Assembly (NCBI GenBank): GCA_028280405.1
Contig: JANQLW010000022.1
Span: forward strand, 64,212-128,211
Length of the DNA: 64,000 bases
Direction of reading: 5' to 3'
DNA from: Bacteroidales bacterium
GTDB taxonomy: Bacteria > Bacteroidota > Bacteroidia > Bacteroidales > GCA-2711565
The translations under genes were made by a program, and so were the position numbers. The notes beneath the pieces were generated by a model, which saw only the letters and a program-made list of their open reading frames with translations, ran no database searches and was not told the origin of the DNA. This document shows, one piece after another, positions 35,869 to 45,549 of the stretch; the stretch's first letter is position 1; every line of letters starts with the position of its first letter.

Positions 35869-38800
35869 TTAATCAAGGGACTGAACTTTTACTCTTATTC
35901 CCTCTGAATGACTATTAAACTCAGGTGCATACATACATTGAATCGTACTAATGCCATTTGAAAAGTCTCCACTTTGACTGGCAACCACTTCATATTCGAA
36001 AACATAAGTACCCTTTCTTAAGCTATCAAAATAGAAATGCGTTGCAGCGTCTTTAGTGCTTTCATAATAACCCACTGCACCGTTATACTTATACTTTGAG
36101 ACAATACTCAATGGTTCAAAAGCAGAAGCTCTCATGTCTTTCAGGTGTATAAATTCCATATCCCGGTCAACCTTTACAATGATTCGTGAAACCACTTTAT
36201 CTCCGATATGAATATTACTTGAATTATCCAGAGGTATTAACTGGGGGCCTGCATTAGTGAGTTCTTTTTTATAAAAATTTTTCTCAATGCTTATTGGACT
36301 TTTGTACGAAGAAATTTTGTCAAGATCTTCAAAATACTGCCAGTGAACGGCACCCCAAACCATTTTGGAATTTGGGTTTTTCACATGAATTTTACCCATA
36401 TCTGCATCTACAATACTACCTTTCCAGGTTTTTGCAGCATATGAAGTTCCTGCTTCTGCTTTATCAAAAACGACCCTCGAGCTTCCCAGTCTGACATAAG
36501 GTAATTCAGTATCATCCAGAAACTGATCATCGCCAAGCATTAAAGCATAAACAGCTTCAACACTCGCCTTTTGAGTATTCCACATCTGGGTTTGTTTCTG
36601 TTTCAGTAAATACTTCTTCAAGCCTGTAATCTCTTTTTTAGAAGCTTTGAGTTCCGTAAAAGCTTCCAGCATCATAGACTGAGTTTCCACAGTAGATTGA
36701 TACCAATAATATCCTGTAAGCTGATTCCAGTAGACTCCCATTTCCTCATCAGTAACTGCTCGCTCACTTAAAGATTTAATGATCGTTTGTGCTGTTTGTG
36801 TTTCTCCATTTCTATTTAGAATTAAGGCGATCATTGCTTGTAAATAGTTATTTTTATTCATCCAGAATTGCTGAGCCTGATTCAAATAAAAACTGATGGC
36901 AACCTCTGTATCCTCATCATTCTTTACATTATTCAACCAATAACTCAAAGCATACAAATACTGAATTTGGAGATTACTTAGGTGATCCTTTTTAAGGTCT
37001 TCTTCATCATCTATCAGTTTCTGATAATTATCTTTTACCTTTTTATTCAAGTACTCAAAGGCTTTCATAATAGAGACATGAACTTCAGTTTTGTATTCAT
37101 TGCCAAGGAGGTTATTTTTATACAGCCTGACGAAACCTATTAAAATACTTTGAGTAATATATCGGTTACTTCTTCCTCCTTTGAACCATGCCCATGAACC
37201 ATCATTTAGTTGAAGTTTAAGCAGTTTTTGTAAATCGTCCCGTAATTTTTGTTGAAGGTTATTCTGATTAAAATATAAAGCCAGTTTATGCATCCTTTCG
37301 CTATCATTTTGAGCTTCTGTTACCCATGGAGTTTCTTCCAGTAAAGCAGATTTTAAATCCTGATTTAGTTCAAGTTTGGAAAGGAATGAATCCGGACTAC
37401 TTTTCTTCCATATTTCAAAAACAGCTTTAATCTTCGGGTTTTGCTGTAAAATATGATTGGCCATCACATTTGCATAAAAGCTGTTAAACAATGAAATTGA
37501 ATTCTCACCTTTTATTTTATCTATTGCAGCTAAAGCCTGAATGACATACCAATTCGGATTTGCTGTAATTTCCAGTTTAAGTTGATGGTGTTGAATGTCT
37601 CTATTCTTTTTCGAGTTAAGTAATGAGCTAAAATTAAAATCTTTAGCCTGATTAGGATTTAAATGCAGAGGCAAACTTTTCGTTACCAGTTTCTTTTTGG
37701 AAAGCACAGGTATAATTCTTTCTTCACCATCATTATGCTTATCAGAAACAGCATGGATTTTATATTTGATGGCATCTACATTTTCAGGAATAATCAACTT
37801 CCATTGTACTGATTGGGATGATGAAGGCTCAATTATAAATGATTGAACATTCGGAAAACCTGTATTCATCTTTTTTAATTCAAAATTATTTACTGCATTA
37901 AACAGTCTCAATTCAACTTTTCCTTTTAGAATATTCTTATTTAAATTAGTAAGCTTAGCTGAAAAGTTAAGGGTGTCACCCTGGCGGAAAAATCTTGGGA
38001 TATTAGGAATTACCATTAATTCCTTTTGTGTTATGACTTCTTTTTCAACAGTATCGCTTCTTAAATCCTTAGTGTGTAACAGAGCCATAAATTTCCATTT
38101 GCTGAGTGCATCTGGGGCTTTGAAACTAATAATATATTCACCATTTTCGTTCTTGTACAATGTTGGATAAAAGAATACTGTTTCATTAAAGTTTTTTCTT
38201 AACTCAACCATAGGGGGTATAATCGAAGGTACCATTTTAGTATCCGGAACCCCTGCTATCTCCTGTAAATCCATTAATTCATCACCAGCTATTCTTTTCA
38301 CATTACTCATTCCTCTGATCTTAAGAGGAGAGGAACCTACGTCCAGATATTGTCTGGTATTAAATGAATAAAATAGTGGCAGAAACTCAAAAGACTTTTT
38401 GATTTCAGAAAAATACATACTATATCTTCTGTAATTTAAATTTCTGCCTTGCGAAGACATATTGAAGTTATTATAGCTATTCCAGTATAAGGATGGGTAT
38501 CTTCTTTTTTGCAAATACAAACCCCAGGTATTGGGTCTGATTTTATCCAGTGAAGCATCATACATACAAGCCAAAAGTTCTGCTTCAATATTCTCATCAG
38601 AAGATATAAGCTTGATTTTCCATTCTTCCTGAGCTCCAGGTTTCAATTTTGACCTGAACGTTTCCAATAAAATTTTTAGCTCCTTGTTTTTATCCTTAAC
38701 ATTTATCGATTGAGAATTCCTGAAAACTTCATTCTCGAAAACAAAGTTGGTTGTAAGCTCTAATTTTCCCTCTATCTCTTGAGAAATTGGGAAATTAATT

Positions 38801-41778
38801 TCCTTTTGTTCACTACTAATCTTAATACGTTCACTCTTTATCAGCTTACCTTTATTATGAAATTCATATAAAACAGATACATTGGGGGCTGAACTTCCAA
38901 TGATGAATGAACAATTATCACCTACATTAGCATTCGACTTTGCCGGAACAAACCAATTTAAGACAGGTAATGGCACTTTATCAGACTTAGGATCATAGAG
39001 GGTAAAATATTTTTCCAACTCAAGCTTTTCGTCAAATTGATCATAGGATTTCAAAATCATTTTATACATTCCATCTTCCCATCTGCTTAAACGGGGAATG
39101 GAAAAACCATTTACTTCACCGGTATTGATTTCGGCTTGAAATACCTGGTTTGCAATTTCCCATTTTTTATAATCTTTTTCATGATCATATTGCTCGTATG
39201 GAAAATGGCTGTAAAAAGTTTCTTTGTCCATTACAAATTGATCCGGTCTGTTTTTCTTTTTAGATTTTAAAGGCCTGTCAATATCTTTCAGTTTATAAAT
39301 ACCGATAGAAACATTTACATTTTGTTTTTGATCACTATAATTCGTAGCCTTTACCAAAAACTCTTCTTCGGTATGTTTATCAACATGTTTTGGAACTGAA
39401 CAGTCAAGCTTCAAATCGACTTCAGGTACAATAATACTTTTACCTGCCGATTGAGTTTCACCATTTATATCTGTAACATCAACACTTACATAATAGTTTG
39501 TAAAATTCAAAATTGGATGCGACGGATTTTCTGATGCTAAAAACCGGATTTCAAACCGACCCTTATCTGATGTCTTGGTTTCACCCTTCAGCCAAGGAAA
39601 TAGCTTGGACCGGACAGAATATTTTACCAAAGCATTACTTAATTCACTTCCGGAAAAAGATTTTACCGCACCTCTTACAATCACAGTATCATTAATTCTA
39701 AACTGTTCTTTCGGGTCATCAAATTGAATTTCAAAATTAGGCCTTTTGTATTCTTCAACCTGAAAAGCAATACTTCCATGAGGGGTTTTAAGCCTCATTT
39801 GTCCATTGAGCAAATTTAAAGGAAGTATAAACGATCCGTTAATTGAGCCATAGTCATTCGTTGTCTGACTTGTTTTTGAGACTGTTTGATTATTTACATC
39901 AATAAGGCTTACGGTAGTTTTATAATTCTTTAGAATTTTGTTTTCATTATTATGATTCTCAACAATAATTCCCTTATAATAGATAGTTTGGCCCGGGCGA
40001 TATATTTTTCTGTCAAGAAAGAAATGAGCCTTTAATTGAGGTCTCTGATTCTCCCTGATATAAAGAGGGTTTAAATCTGAAACCGATAGTGAATCTGATT
40101 GATATGAAAATTTAAAAAGATAATTATTTTTGCTTCTTTCATTCTGTATATGCAGGTAACCATTATGATCAGAAAACAGTTCTTCTTTCTTTTCCAAAGT
40201 AAATCCTCTTTCCCTGTAATTATAGGTTTTGTAAAATACTTCTAATTTCACATTGCTCATTGGTTCTCCGGATTTTCGGTTCTGAACATAAACATCCATT
40301 CCTTTCTTTCCATCATTTCTGCTTATAAAACTAATATGGGAAACCCAAAAGAAATTGGAATAAATTAGTTTCTTCTTTTCAAATTCAGGAGAGGTTGATG
40401 CCAGTAATACATAATACCCTTTATCTAATTCAGGGAAGAGTAATTTTACGGAATGTAAATTATAATCATGATCTTTAGGTAAATGCTGAATCCATTCTTC
40501 AGAAGCTTTCTGCTGTAAATAAAAATCCAACCTATTTGCCAATTGTTGATTGGAAAGCTTGTTTTGTTCATTTTCATAATTCAACTTTACAATTCTGAAG
40601 TAAAGCTCTTCCAAGTTTTTATACTTTAAAGTGGCTAATATTGGAGATTGAGGAACTTCCACTCCATTTATACTTACACTAACAGATGGAGCCTCCAAAG
40701 CCTTTTTTATTTCGCTGCAATATTTTGCACCTAAAGAATTGGGAAATCTGTATATGGTCTTTTTACAAACTTCCATAGCTTTAGTATTCTCAAGTTTATA
40801 TTCTTCACTGTTTACAGAAAAAGGATCATAACGCCTTCCTCTCTGGGTATAAACCAGTGCTTTTTCATATTGTACTTCTGCAGAAGACTCATGCCGAGGG
40901 AATACTGTTATCATTGAATTGAGCGCATTTAAATACGGAAGTTCATATTTTTCTTCATTAAGAAAGTATTTTCTCACATATTTCAACCTTTCCAGGTCAG
41001 CACCTATAAAAGCAGTTGGATTATGCCGGTGATTTTTTAGTAGCTTTTGAAATATTATTAGATTTTTATACAAGGGATGAACATATTTCAGGGTGTCTAT
41101 CCTTAGCTTTAAAAATTTATCCGCAGGAAGAAAATACGCTGTATTATTATTGCTAATAAAGTCTTTCGTAAAATAGTATTGAGAAGTTGATTTTATAGCT
41201 CTATAAGCCAATAGGTCAAATAGGCCTGGTCTGTATTTTCTGGTTGTAGAATCTCCTTTCAATACTTCATCCAAAACCTCTATTTTAATATTTCTAACGT
41301 TTTCAGTATTTCTTACAGCAACTGAAGCACTCCTTAATATTTCTTTCTCAAAGTTAAGAGTGGTCCAGGTATTAATATCTGTACTAGCTGTATTTAGCTT
41401 AGTTCTTTTAGAAATCTTCCAATGATTTTCACTAAAGTATTTTTGCAGAACTTCAGCCCGAATGGAATGTAATAATTGCCACCTTGGAGATTGGGCTACT
41501 TCAATCTCATTATCCACTAAACCGACAACTAAATTTATATCATAATCTTTATGAGATTTTAATAATTGAACTTTATAATTAAGAGCTTTAATATAATCAC
41601 CTAAATTATCATTCAATTTAGCCTCATTAAATAAGTCATTTATATCTGCCTCAGCTGTTTTTACCAAGCCTATTCTCATAAGTGAATCTACTCTGGTCCA
41701 TTTAGTAATTTCCTTTTGAGAATAAACTAAACTAAAGCTTAGGAATAATATAATGGTAAGAAGGTTTCTGCACTTCAT
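35869..41778 (-). CDS. Bacterial alpha-2-macroglobulin-family protein (very large, secreted), lacking the CxEQ thioester motif
   Basis: 1969 aa with a signal peptide. Contains the A2M bait-region-end signature (NFNETVFFYPTLYKNENGEYIISFKAPDALSKWKFMAL), a TED-like region (DGSWAWFKGGRSNRYITQSIL, YWYQSTVETQSMMLEAF) and a receptor-binding-like C-terminus (IQCMYAPEFNSHSEG). No Cys in the protein is followed by xEQ. Confidence 0.8.
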   Translation of the reverse strand: MKCRNLLTIILFLSFSLVYSQKEITKWTRVDSLMRIGLVKTAEADINDLFNEAKLNDNLGDYIKALNYKVQLLKSHKDYDINLVVGLVDNEIEVAQSPRWQLLHSIRAEVLQKYFSENHWKISKRTKLNTASTDINTWTTLNFEKEILRSASVAVRNTENVRNIKIEVLDEVLKGDSTTRKYRPGLFDLLAYRAIKSTSQYYFTKDFISNNNTAYFLPADKFLKLRIDTLKYVHPLYKNLIIFQKLLKNHRHNPTAFIGADLERLKYVRKYFLNEEKYELPYLNALNSMITVFPRHESSAEVQYEKALVYTQRGRRYDPFSVNSEEYKLENTKAMEVCKKTIYRFPNSLGAKYCSEIKKALEAPSVSVSINGVEVPQSPILATLKYKNLEELYFRIVKLNYENEQNKLSNQQLANRLDFYLQQKASEEWIQHLPKDHDYNLHSVKLLFPELDKGYYVLLASTSPEFEKKKLIYSNFFWVSHISFISRNDGKKGMDVYVQNRKSGEPMSNVKLEVFYKTYNYRERGFTLEKKEELFSDHNGYLHIQNERSKNNYLFKFSYQSDSLSVSDLNPLYIRENQRPQLKAHFFLDRKIYRPGQTIYYKGIIVENHNNENKILKNYKTTVSLIDVNNQTVSKTSQTTNDYGSINGSFILPLNLLNGQMRLKTPHGSIAFQVEEYKRPNFEIQFDDPKEQFRINDTVIVRGAVKSFSGSELSNALVKYSVRSKLFPWLKGETKTSDKGRFEIRFLASENPSHPILNFTNYYVSVDVTDINGETQSAGKSIIVPEVDLKLDCSVPKHVDKHTEEEFLVKATNYSDQKQNVNVSIGIYKLKDIDRPLKSKKKNRPDQFVMDKETFYSHFPYEQYDHEKDYKKWEIANQVFQAEINTGEVNGFSIPRLSRWEDGMYKMILKSYDQFDEKLELEKYFTLYDPKSDKVPLPVLNWFVPAKSNANVGDNCSFIIGSSAPNVSVLYEFHNKGKLIKSERIKISSEQKEINFPISQEIEGKLELTTNFVFENEVFRNSQSINVKDKNKELKILLETFRSKLKPGAQEEWKIKLISSDENIEAELLACMYDASLDKIRPNTWGLYLQKRRYPSLYWNSYNNFNMSSQGRNLNYRRYSMYFSEIKKSFEFLPLFYSFNTRQYLDVGSSPLKIRGMSNVKRIAGDELMDLQEIAGVPDTKMVPSIIPPMVELRKNFNETVFFYPTLYKNENGEYIISFKAPDALSKWKFMALLHTKDLRSDTVEKEVITQKELMVIPNIPRFFRQGDTLNFSAKLTNLNKNILKGKVELRLFNAVNNFELKKMNTGFPNVQSFIIEPSSSQSVQWKLIIPENVDAIKYKIHAVSDKHNDGEERIIPVLSKKKLVTKSLPLHLNPNQAKDFNFSSLLNSKKNRDIQHHQLKLEITANPNWYVIQALAAIDKIKGENSISLFNSFYANVMANHILQQNPKIKAVFEIWKKSSPDSFLSKLELNQDLKSALLEETPWVTEAQNDSERMHKLALYFNQNNLQQKLRDDLQKLLKLQLNDGSWAWFKGGRSNRYITQSILIGFVRLYKNNLLGNEYKTEVHVSIMKAFEYLNKKVKDNYQKLIDDEEDLKKDHLSNLQIQYLYALSYWLNNVKNDEDTEVAISFYLNQAQQFWMNKNNYLQAMIALILNRNGETQTAQTIIKSLSERAVTDEEMGVYWNQLTGYYWYQSTVETQSMMLEAFTELKASKKEITGLKKYLLKQKQTQMWNTQKASVEAVYALMLGDDQFLDDTELPYVRLGSSRVVFDKAEAGTSYAAKTWKGSIVDADMGKIHVKNPNSKMVWGAVHWQYFEDLDKISSYKSPISIEKNFYKKELTNAGPQLIPLDNSSNIHIGDKVVSRIIVKVDRDMEFIHLKDMRASAFEPLSIVSKYKYNGAVGYYESTKDAATHFYFDSLRKGTYVFEYEVVASQSGDFSNGISTIQCMYAPEFNSHSEGIRVKVQSLD

Positions 41779-41932
41779 AAATTGTAATTGTAATTTTAAT
41801 ATAAACTTACAAAATTTGTTCCTTTCGTGCTTTTTATAGAAGAAAAAAGGGAAACCTTTTATTTACCATCTTGTTAATTTAAATTTTATCAGAACAAATC
41901 AATCATCATGGTATTACGGACACTCAATTATT

Positions 41933-43873
41933 TTACGAATCAATAAAATAAGGAAGGTATAAGTTTACGGCAGTGCCTCCGACACTCTCCGAAAGATCAG
42001 TAATATGGTAAACAGCATTTCTATCAAAGGACTTTGCATAAACTTTTAAACGTTCCTTGAGAATTTTTCCTGAAAGAGACTCATAGGATCTATTTTTGGT
42101 ACGGTTTTCCAAACCTTTATTATAGCCAATTCCATTATCAACAATTAAGCATTCAAGTAATTCGTCCTTTTCATGAAATCTAAACTCCATTTTTATCTCT
42201 GCATTACTTATCCCATTAAAACCGTGATTAATAGAGTTTTCAATGAAGGGCTGAATAAACATTGGAGGGATTAAAATTTCCTGAGGGTCAATCGTTTCAT
42301 CAATTATAATTGAATAAACAAAGCGGTTCGAAAAGTTAGATTGAAGCTCCAGGTAATCATTAAGTGCCTGTATTTCATCTTCCAGAGATATAAACTCTTC
42401 CCGTGAATTTTTCAAAATTAAACGAAGCAAACTGCTAAATTTTAGCACAAAAGGAACTGTTTTTTCAGATTTTGACTTTGCCAATCCACTAATTGAATTC
42501 AATGCATTAAAAATAAAATGTGGGTTTAGCTGTGAACGCAAAAGGCGCTGCTCCAGATTCACCAACCGGTACATATTTTTTAGCTTTCTTTGCCTGAATA
42601 CAAAGATTGTAATTGTAATAAGTAATAGAACCCCAAAACCTAAAATAAAATTAATGGTTTGCCGCTGTTTTAGGATGTAAGCTTGTGATTCATTTTGTTT
42701 TTCCAGTTCTTTAATGGAATTATCTTTTTCTTTTACTTCATAATAGGTTGTATATTCCTGAAACTGTTTAGCTATATTTTTTTCCTGGTATTCATTTAGG
42801 TAATAGATAAAATCATTTTTAACTCGTATTATGTTTTCAATATCATTGAGTTTTTGGTAGATTTTCACAAGATGTTGGCTGATAAGTTCAAACATATCCC
42901 TTTCATTTCTTGAAAAATCTTTGTCAGCATCCAGTTTATTATAAACCATCTGCAATAGTTCAAAAGCATCATCAAGTTTGTTTTCTTGGATTAATAAGTA
43001 TGCTTTACTAATTTGATTGCGGTAAGTTATTGTACCTTCTTTATAGTTCGTATCAAGATTATGATAATCATAATAGTCATTTGCTTTTTTGAAAAGCAGT
43101 TTTGCAGAATCAACACTCATTTCTCTTAAGTGTATATTCCCAATACTGTTTAGTGAATTAACAACATTGGCATGAATTCTATATTTGTAAAAGCTTCTGC
43201 TGTTCTTTGTTGTATCAGTATATGATTGAATTGATTTTCTTAAATAGTATTTGGCAGAATCCAAGTCGTTTTTATAAGAATATAAAATACCAATATTCTG
43301 ATTTAGATTGCCACTTGTATATTGATAGGACATATAGTTTTCAAACGGGAGTAACTTTAGTTTATACTTTAGTGATAAATTATAATCACCTAATCCTAAA
43401 TGAATAATAGAAATACGATGAATTATACTGGTTTCCCAATTGCTTTCTTCTTTCTCCGGATATTTTTTGGCATATTCCAAAGCTTTGTAGAGCGTTTCAA
43501 TGGATTTTAGTTTTTCATCATTAAAGTATTCATGTAAACCAATCATATAATAAGCTTTCGAAATGGCTTTTTGTGCAACATCAAAATCTTTTTCTTCATT
43601 TTCATATATCTCAATAACCTTTCTAGAATAAAATGCTGCTGAATCTCTTTCGAGTACCTTTAAAAATGCAAAGGCTTTAAAGGCATAGTATTTTGACCAT
43701 CCTTTCAATGATTGGTCAGATTCTAACATTTTTCTAATACTGTCAGCCTTTCTGTGTTTAACCCACATATAAGGTATTGTATCAATAGAAAGTTGGGTGA
43801 TTTTTTCATTTTGGGTAAAAATGTCAGGTGAGAAAATCAAACAAAGACAAGCAATCAAATAATATTTTTTCAT
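41933..43873 (-). CDS. Sensor histidine kinase of the LytS/YehU type (His_kinase + HATPase) with an N-terminal TPR-like extracytoplasmic domain
   Basis: 646 aa with a signal peptide, a TPR-like region of about 390 aa and one TM segment (INFILGFGVLLLITITIFVF). These are followed by LRSQLNPHFIFNALNSI and VDNGIGY. Confidence 0.8.
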   Translation of the reverse strand: MKKYYLIACLCLIFSPDIFTQNEKITQLSIDTIPYMWVKHRKADSIRKMLESDQSLKGWSKYYAFKAFAFLKVLERDSAAFYSRKVIEIYENEEKDFDVAQKAISKAYYMIGLHEYFNDEKLKSIETLYKALEYAKKYPEKEESNWETSIIHRISIIHLGLGDYNLSLKYKLKLLPFENYMSYQYTSGNLNQNIGILYSYKNDLDSAKYYLRKSIQSYTDTTKNSRSFYKYRIHANVVNSLNSIGNIHLREMSVDSAKLLFKKANDYYDYHNLDTNYKEGTITYRNQISKAYLLIQENKLDDAFELLQMVYNKLDADKDFSRNERDMFELISQHLVKIYQKLNDIENIIRVKNDFIYYLNEYQEKNIAKQFQEYTTYYEVKEKDNSIKELEKQNESQAYILKQRQTINFILGFGVLLLITITIFVFRQRKLKNMYRLVNLEQRLLRSQLNPHFIFNALNSISGLAKSKSEKTVPFVLKFSSLLRLILKNSREEFISLEDEIQALNDYLELQSNFSNRFVYSIIIDETIDPQEILIPPMFIQPFIENSINHGFNGISNAEIKMEFRFHEKDELLECLIVDNGIGYNKGLENRTKNRSYESLSGKILKERLKVYAKSFDRNAVYHITDLSESVGGTAVNLYLPYFIDS

Positions 43874-43948
43874 AAAAAGTATTTAAACATTAATTATTTT
43901 TGATAATTGTTTCTTAACAAGAAATATTTATCAATCCCCAATTTAACT

Positions 43949-44695
43949 ATGAACAGTCATATTCGAGCTGTAATTATTGAAGACGACATTGAATCACTAA
44001 ATTATTTATCTTCTATAATTGATAAGAGTTTTGATGAACTAAAAATTTGTGGTTACGCTAAAACTGTAAATGAAGGTATAAAGCTAATAAATAATTTCAA
44101 GCCGGAAATTGTATTTATGGATATTGAGCTGGAAGATGGAACTGCTTTTGAAATACTTGATAATATTGAGTCTCCTGACTTTGAAGTCATTTTCACTACA
44201 GCGTATAATGATTATTTTGAAAAGGCACTGGAACATTTTGCATTTTGTTATCTGTTAAAACCTATTGACGATAAAAAGCTTAGAAAAGTAATAGATCGAT
44301 ATACCAATGTTAAAAACCGTTTATTCTCTTTATCAAAATATGCATTGTATCAGGAATTTATTAGAGATAAAGATGCACGACTGCTTATTCATGCCGGAAA
44401 CAATCACATCGCAGTTAATCTTTCCGACATTATTTATTGTGAAGCCGATGGCAATTATACCATTTTCAAGCTTTGTGGTAACAAAAATGTCTTGGCTTCG
44501 AATACATTAAAGTATTATGAAGAACTTTTGAACCACAAGGCCTTTTTCAGGGCAAACAGGTTTACGCTTATTAATGTAAGGCATATTAGTAATATTTTCA
44601 AAAGAGAAACAATTGTTTTGAGTAATAAAAGCAAAATAAATGTATCTGTTAGAAATAAGTCTAAGCTTTCAGAGCTTATTTCTGAGCTTTCATAA
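43949..44695 (+). CDS. LytTR-family response regulator
   Basis: I placed the start at the ATG at 43949 (MNSHIRAVIIEDD). Receiver domain (PEIVFMDIELEDGTAFE) plus a C-terminal LytTR domain (IIYCEADGNYTIFKL...FFRANRFTLINVRHI). The listed TTG start at 43907 is less likely. Confidence 0.85.
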   Translation: MNSHIRAVIIEDDIESLNYLSSIIDKSFDELKICGYAKTVNEGIKLINNFKPEIVFMDIELEDGTAFEILDNIESPDFEVIFTTAYNDYFEKALEHFAFCYLLKPIDDKKLRKVIDRYTNVKNRLFSLSKYALYQEFIRDKDARLLIHAGNNHIAVNLSDIIYCEADGNYTIFKLCGNKNVLASNTLKYYEELLNHKAFFRANRFTLINVRHISNIFKRETIVLSNKSKINVSVRNKSKLSELISELS

Positions 44696-44735
44696 ATAAA
44701 CTTTTAAACAAAAATTTTTGAGGCTTCTTATGCAC

Positions 44736-44765
44736 TTAACGCTTATATCTCAAAAATTAACGTTT
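44736..44765 (+). promoter_or_regulatory. Candidate LytTR-regulator binding site: two 9-bp direct repeats with 21-bp periodicity
   Basis: ttaacgctt (44736-44744) and ttaacgttt (44757-44765) are separated by 12 nt. They lie 41 nt after the LytTR regulator stop and upstream of the lanthipeptide cluster. A near -7 box (TACTTTTT, 44788-44795) follows. Confidence 0.35.
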
Positions 44766-44964
44766 AAACTATAAATCCGGTGGCTCATACTTTTTTCAAC
44801 TTTTAATTCCTGAAAAAAAGATAATTTAACTCTTCGATTCACCATATTATCCCCCCCTAGCACAAGTGAATCTAAAGTAGTCAGGGAAGGCTCAGTGTAA
44901 GATTAAATTCAATTAATTAAGGGATTGATGAACTTGCTATTCTATTAGCAATAATAAACTTCAG

Positions 44965-45329
44965 ATGGAATACGAAATTAAAGAAAAGCTAAACGAGATT
45001 GCATACCTTTTGAAAAGCAATTATAAAACTATTGAAAACCCGGGATTGGCCGGTGGTAAATCAGGAATAGCCCATATATACAATCGAATGTATTCATATA
45101 CAAAAATTGAAAAGTTCAAGGAGATCTCAGATTTTTGGTACGGGAAAACACTGAAAATGGCAAAATATGAAGATGCTTATACCGAGTTTAAAACTGGTAA
45201 TCAGCCAATAAAGGATTTTGGTTCCCAAATCATAGTTTTCTGGAAGATATTTCCGGAATCGAATTGTCACTAATTACAGCAATTTCAAACGAAGAATCAA
45301 ATTGGGCCAAATGTTTTATGATTAACTAA
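44965..45329 (+). pseudogene. Remnant of a LanC-like cyclase gene (internal deletion plus frameshift)
   Basis: GGKSGIAHIYNRMYSYTKIEKFKEISDFWYGKTL parallels CHGANGIAQIYNRMFHYTGIDTFQTSAKYWYNKAL of the intact LanC. After a frameshift near 45230, another frame reads SFLEDISGIELSLITAISNEESNWAKCFMIN*, which parallels LLEGASGIGLSLISAISDIEPTWDSCLLLS*. Confidence 0.7.
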
Positions 45330-45549
45330 CAAAAAACCTCCTCAATAGAATGATGATTAATAAACACACAAATATTTTGTTAACCACTAAACTAGAAAGG
45401 AGGTATGTCAAAGATATGGATGTGATATAATTTATGCAAACTTAGTAATACGAAAAGTGAGCATAAAATATTTTGGAAAAAAGAGATATTATAAGGAGGT
45501 TGCTGAAAATCCATTGAAAGAGTAAGCTATAATAACAAATAATACAATT

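Noticed and set aside
35869-41778. Thioester (CxEQ) site in the A2M homolog
   Set aside because: I checked every Cys in the translation (MKC, EVCKK, KYCSE, LDCSV, DNCSF, LACMY, IQCMY) and none is followed by xEQ.
45331-45549. Search for a second lanA-type small ORF or a canonical promoter upstream of lanA
   Set aside because: The only small ORF found (MMINKHTNILLTTKLERRYVKDMDVI) has no Cys or GG motif. Only near-matches to TAnnTTTG occur (TATTTTGT at about 45384, TATTTTGG at about 45479), so I do not call a promoter there.
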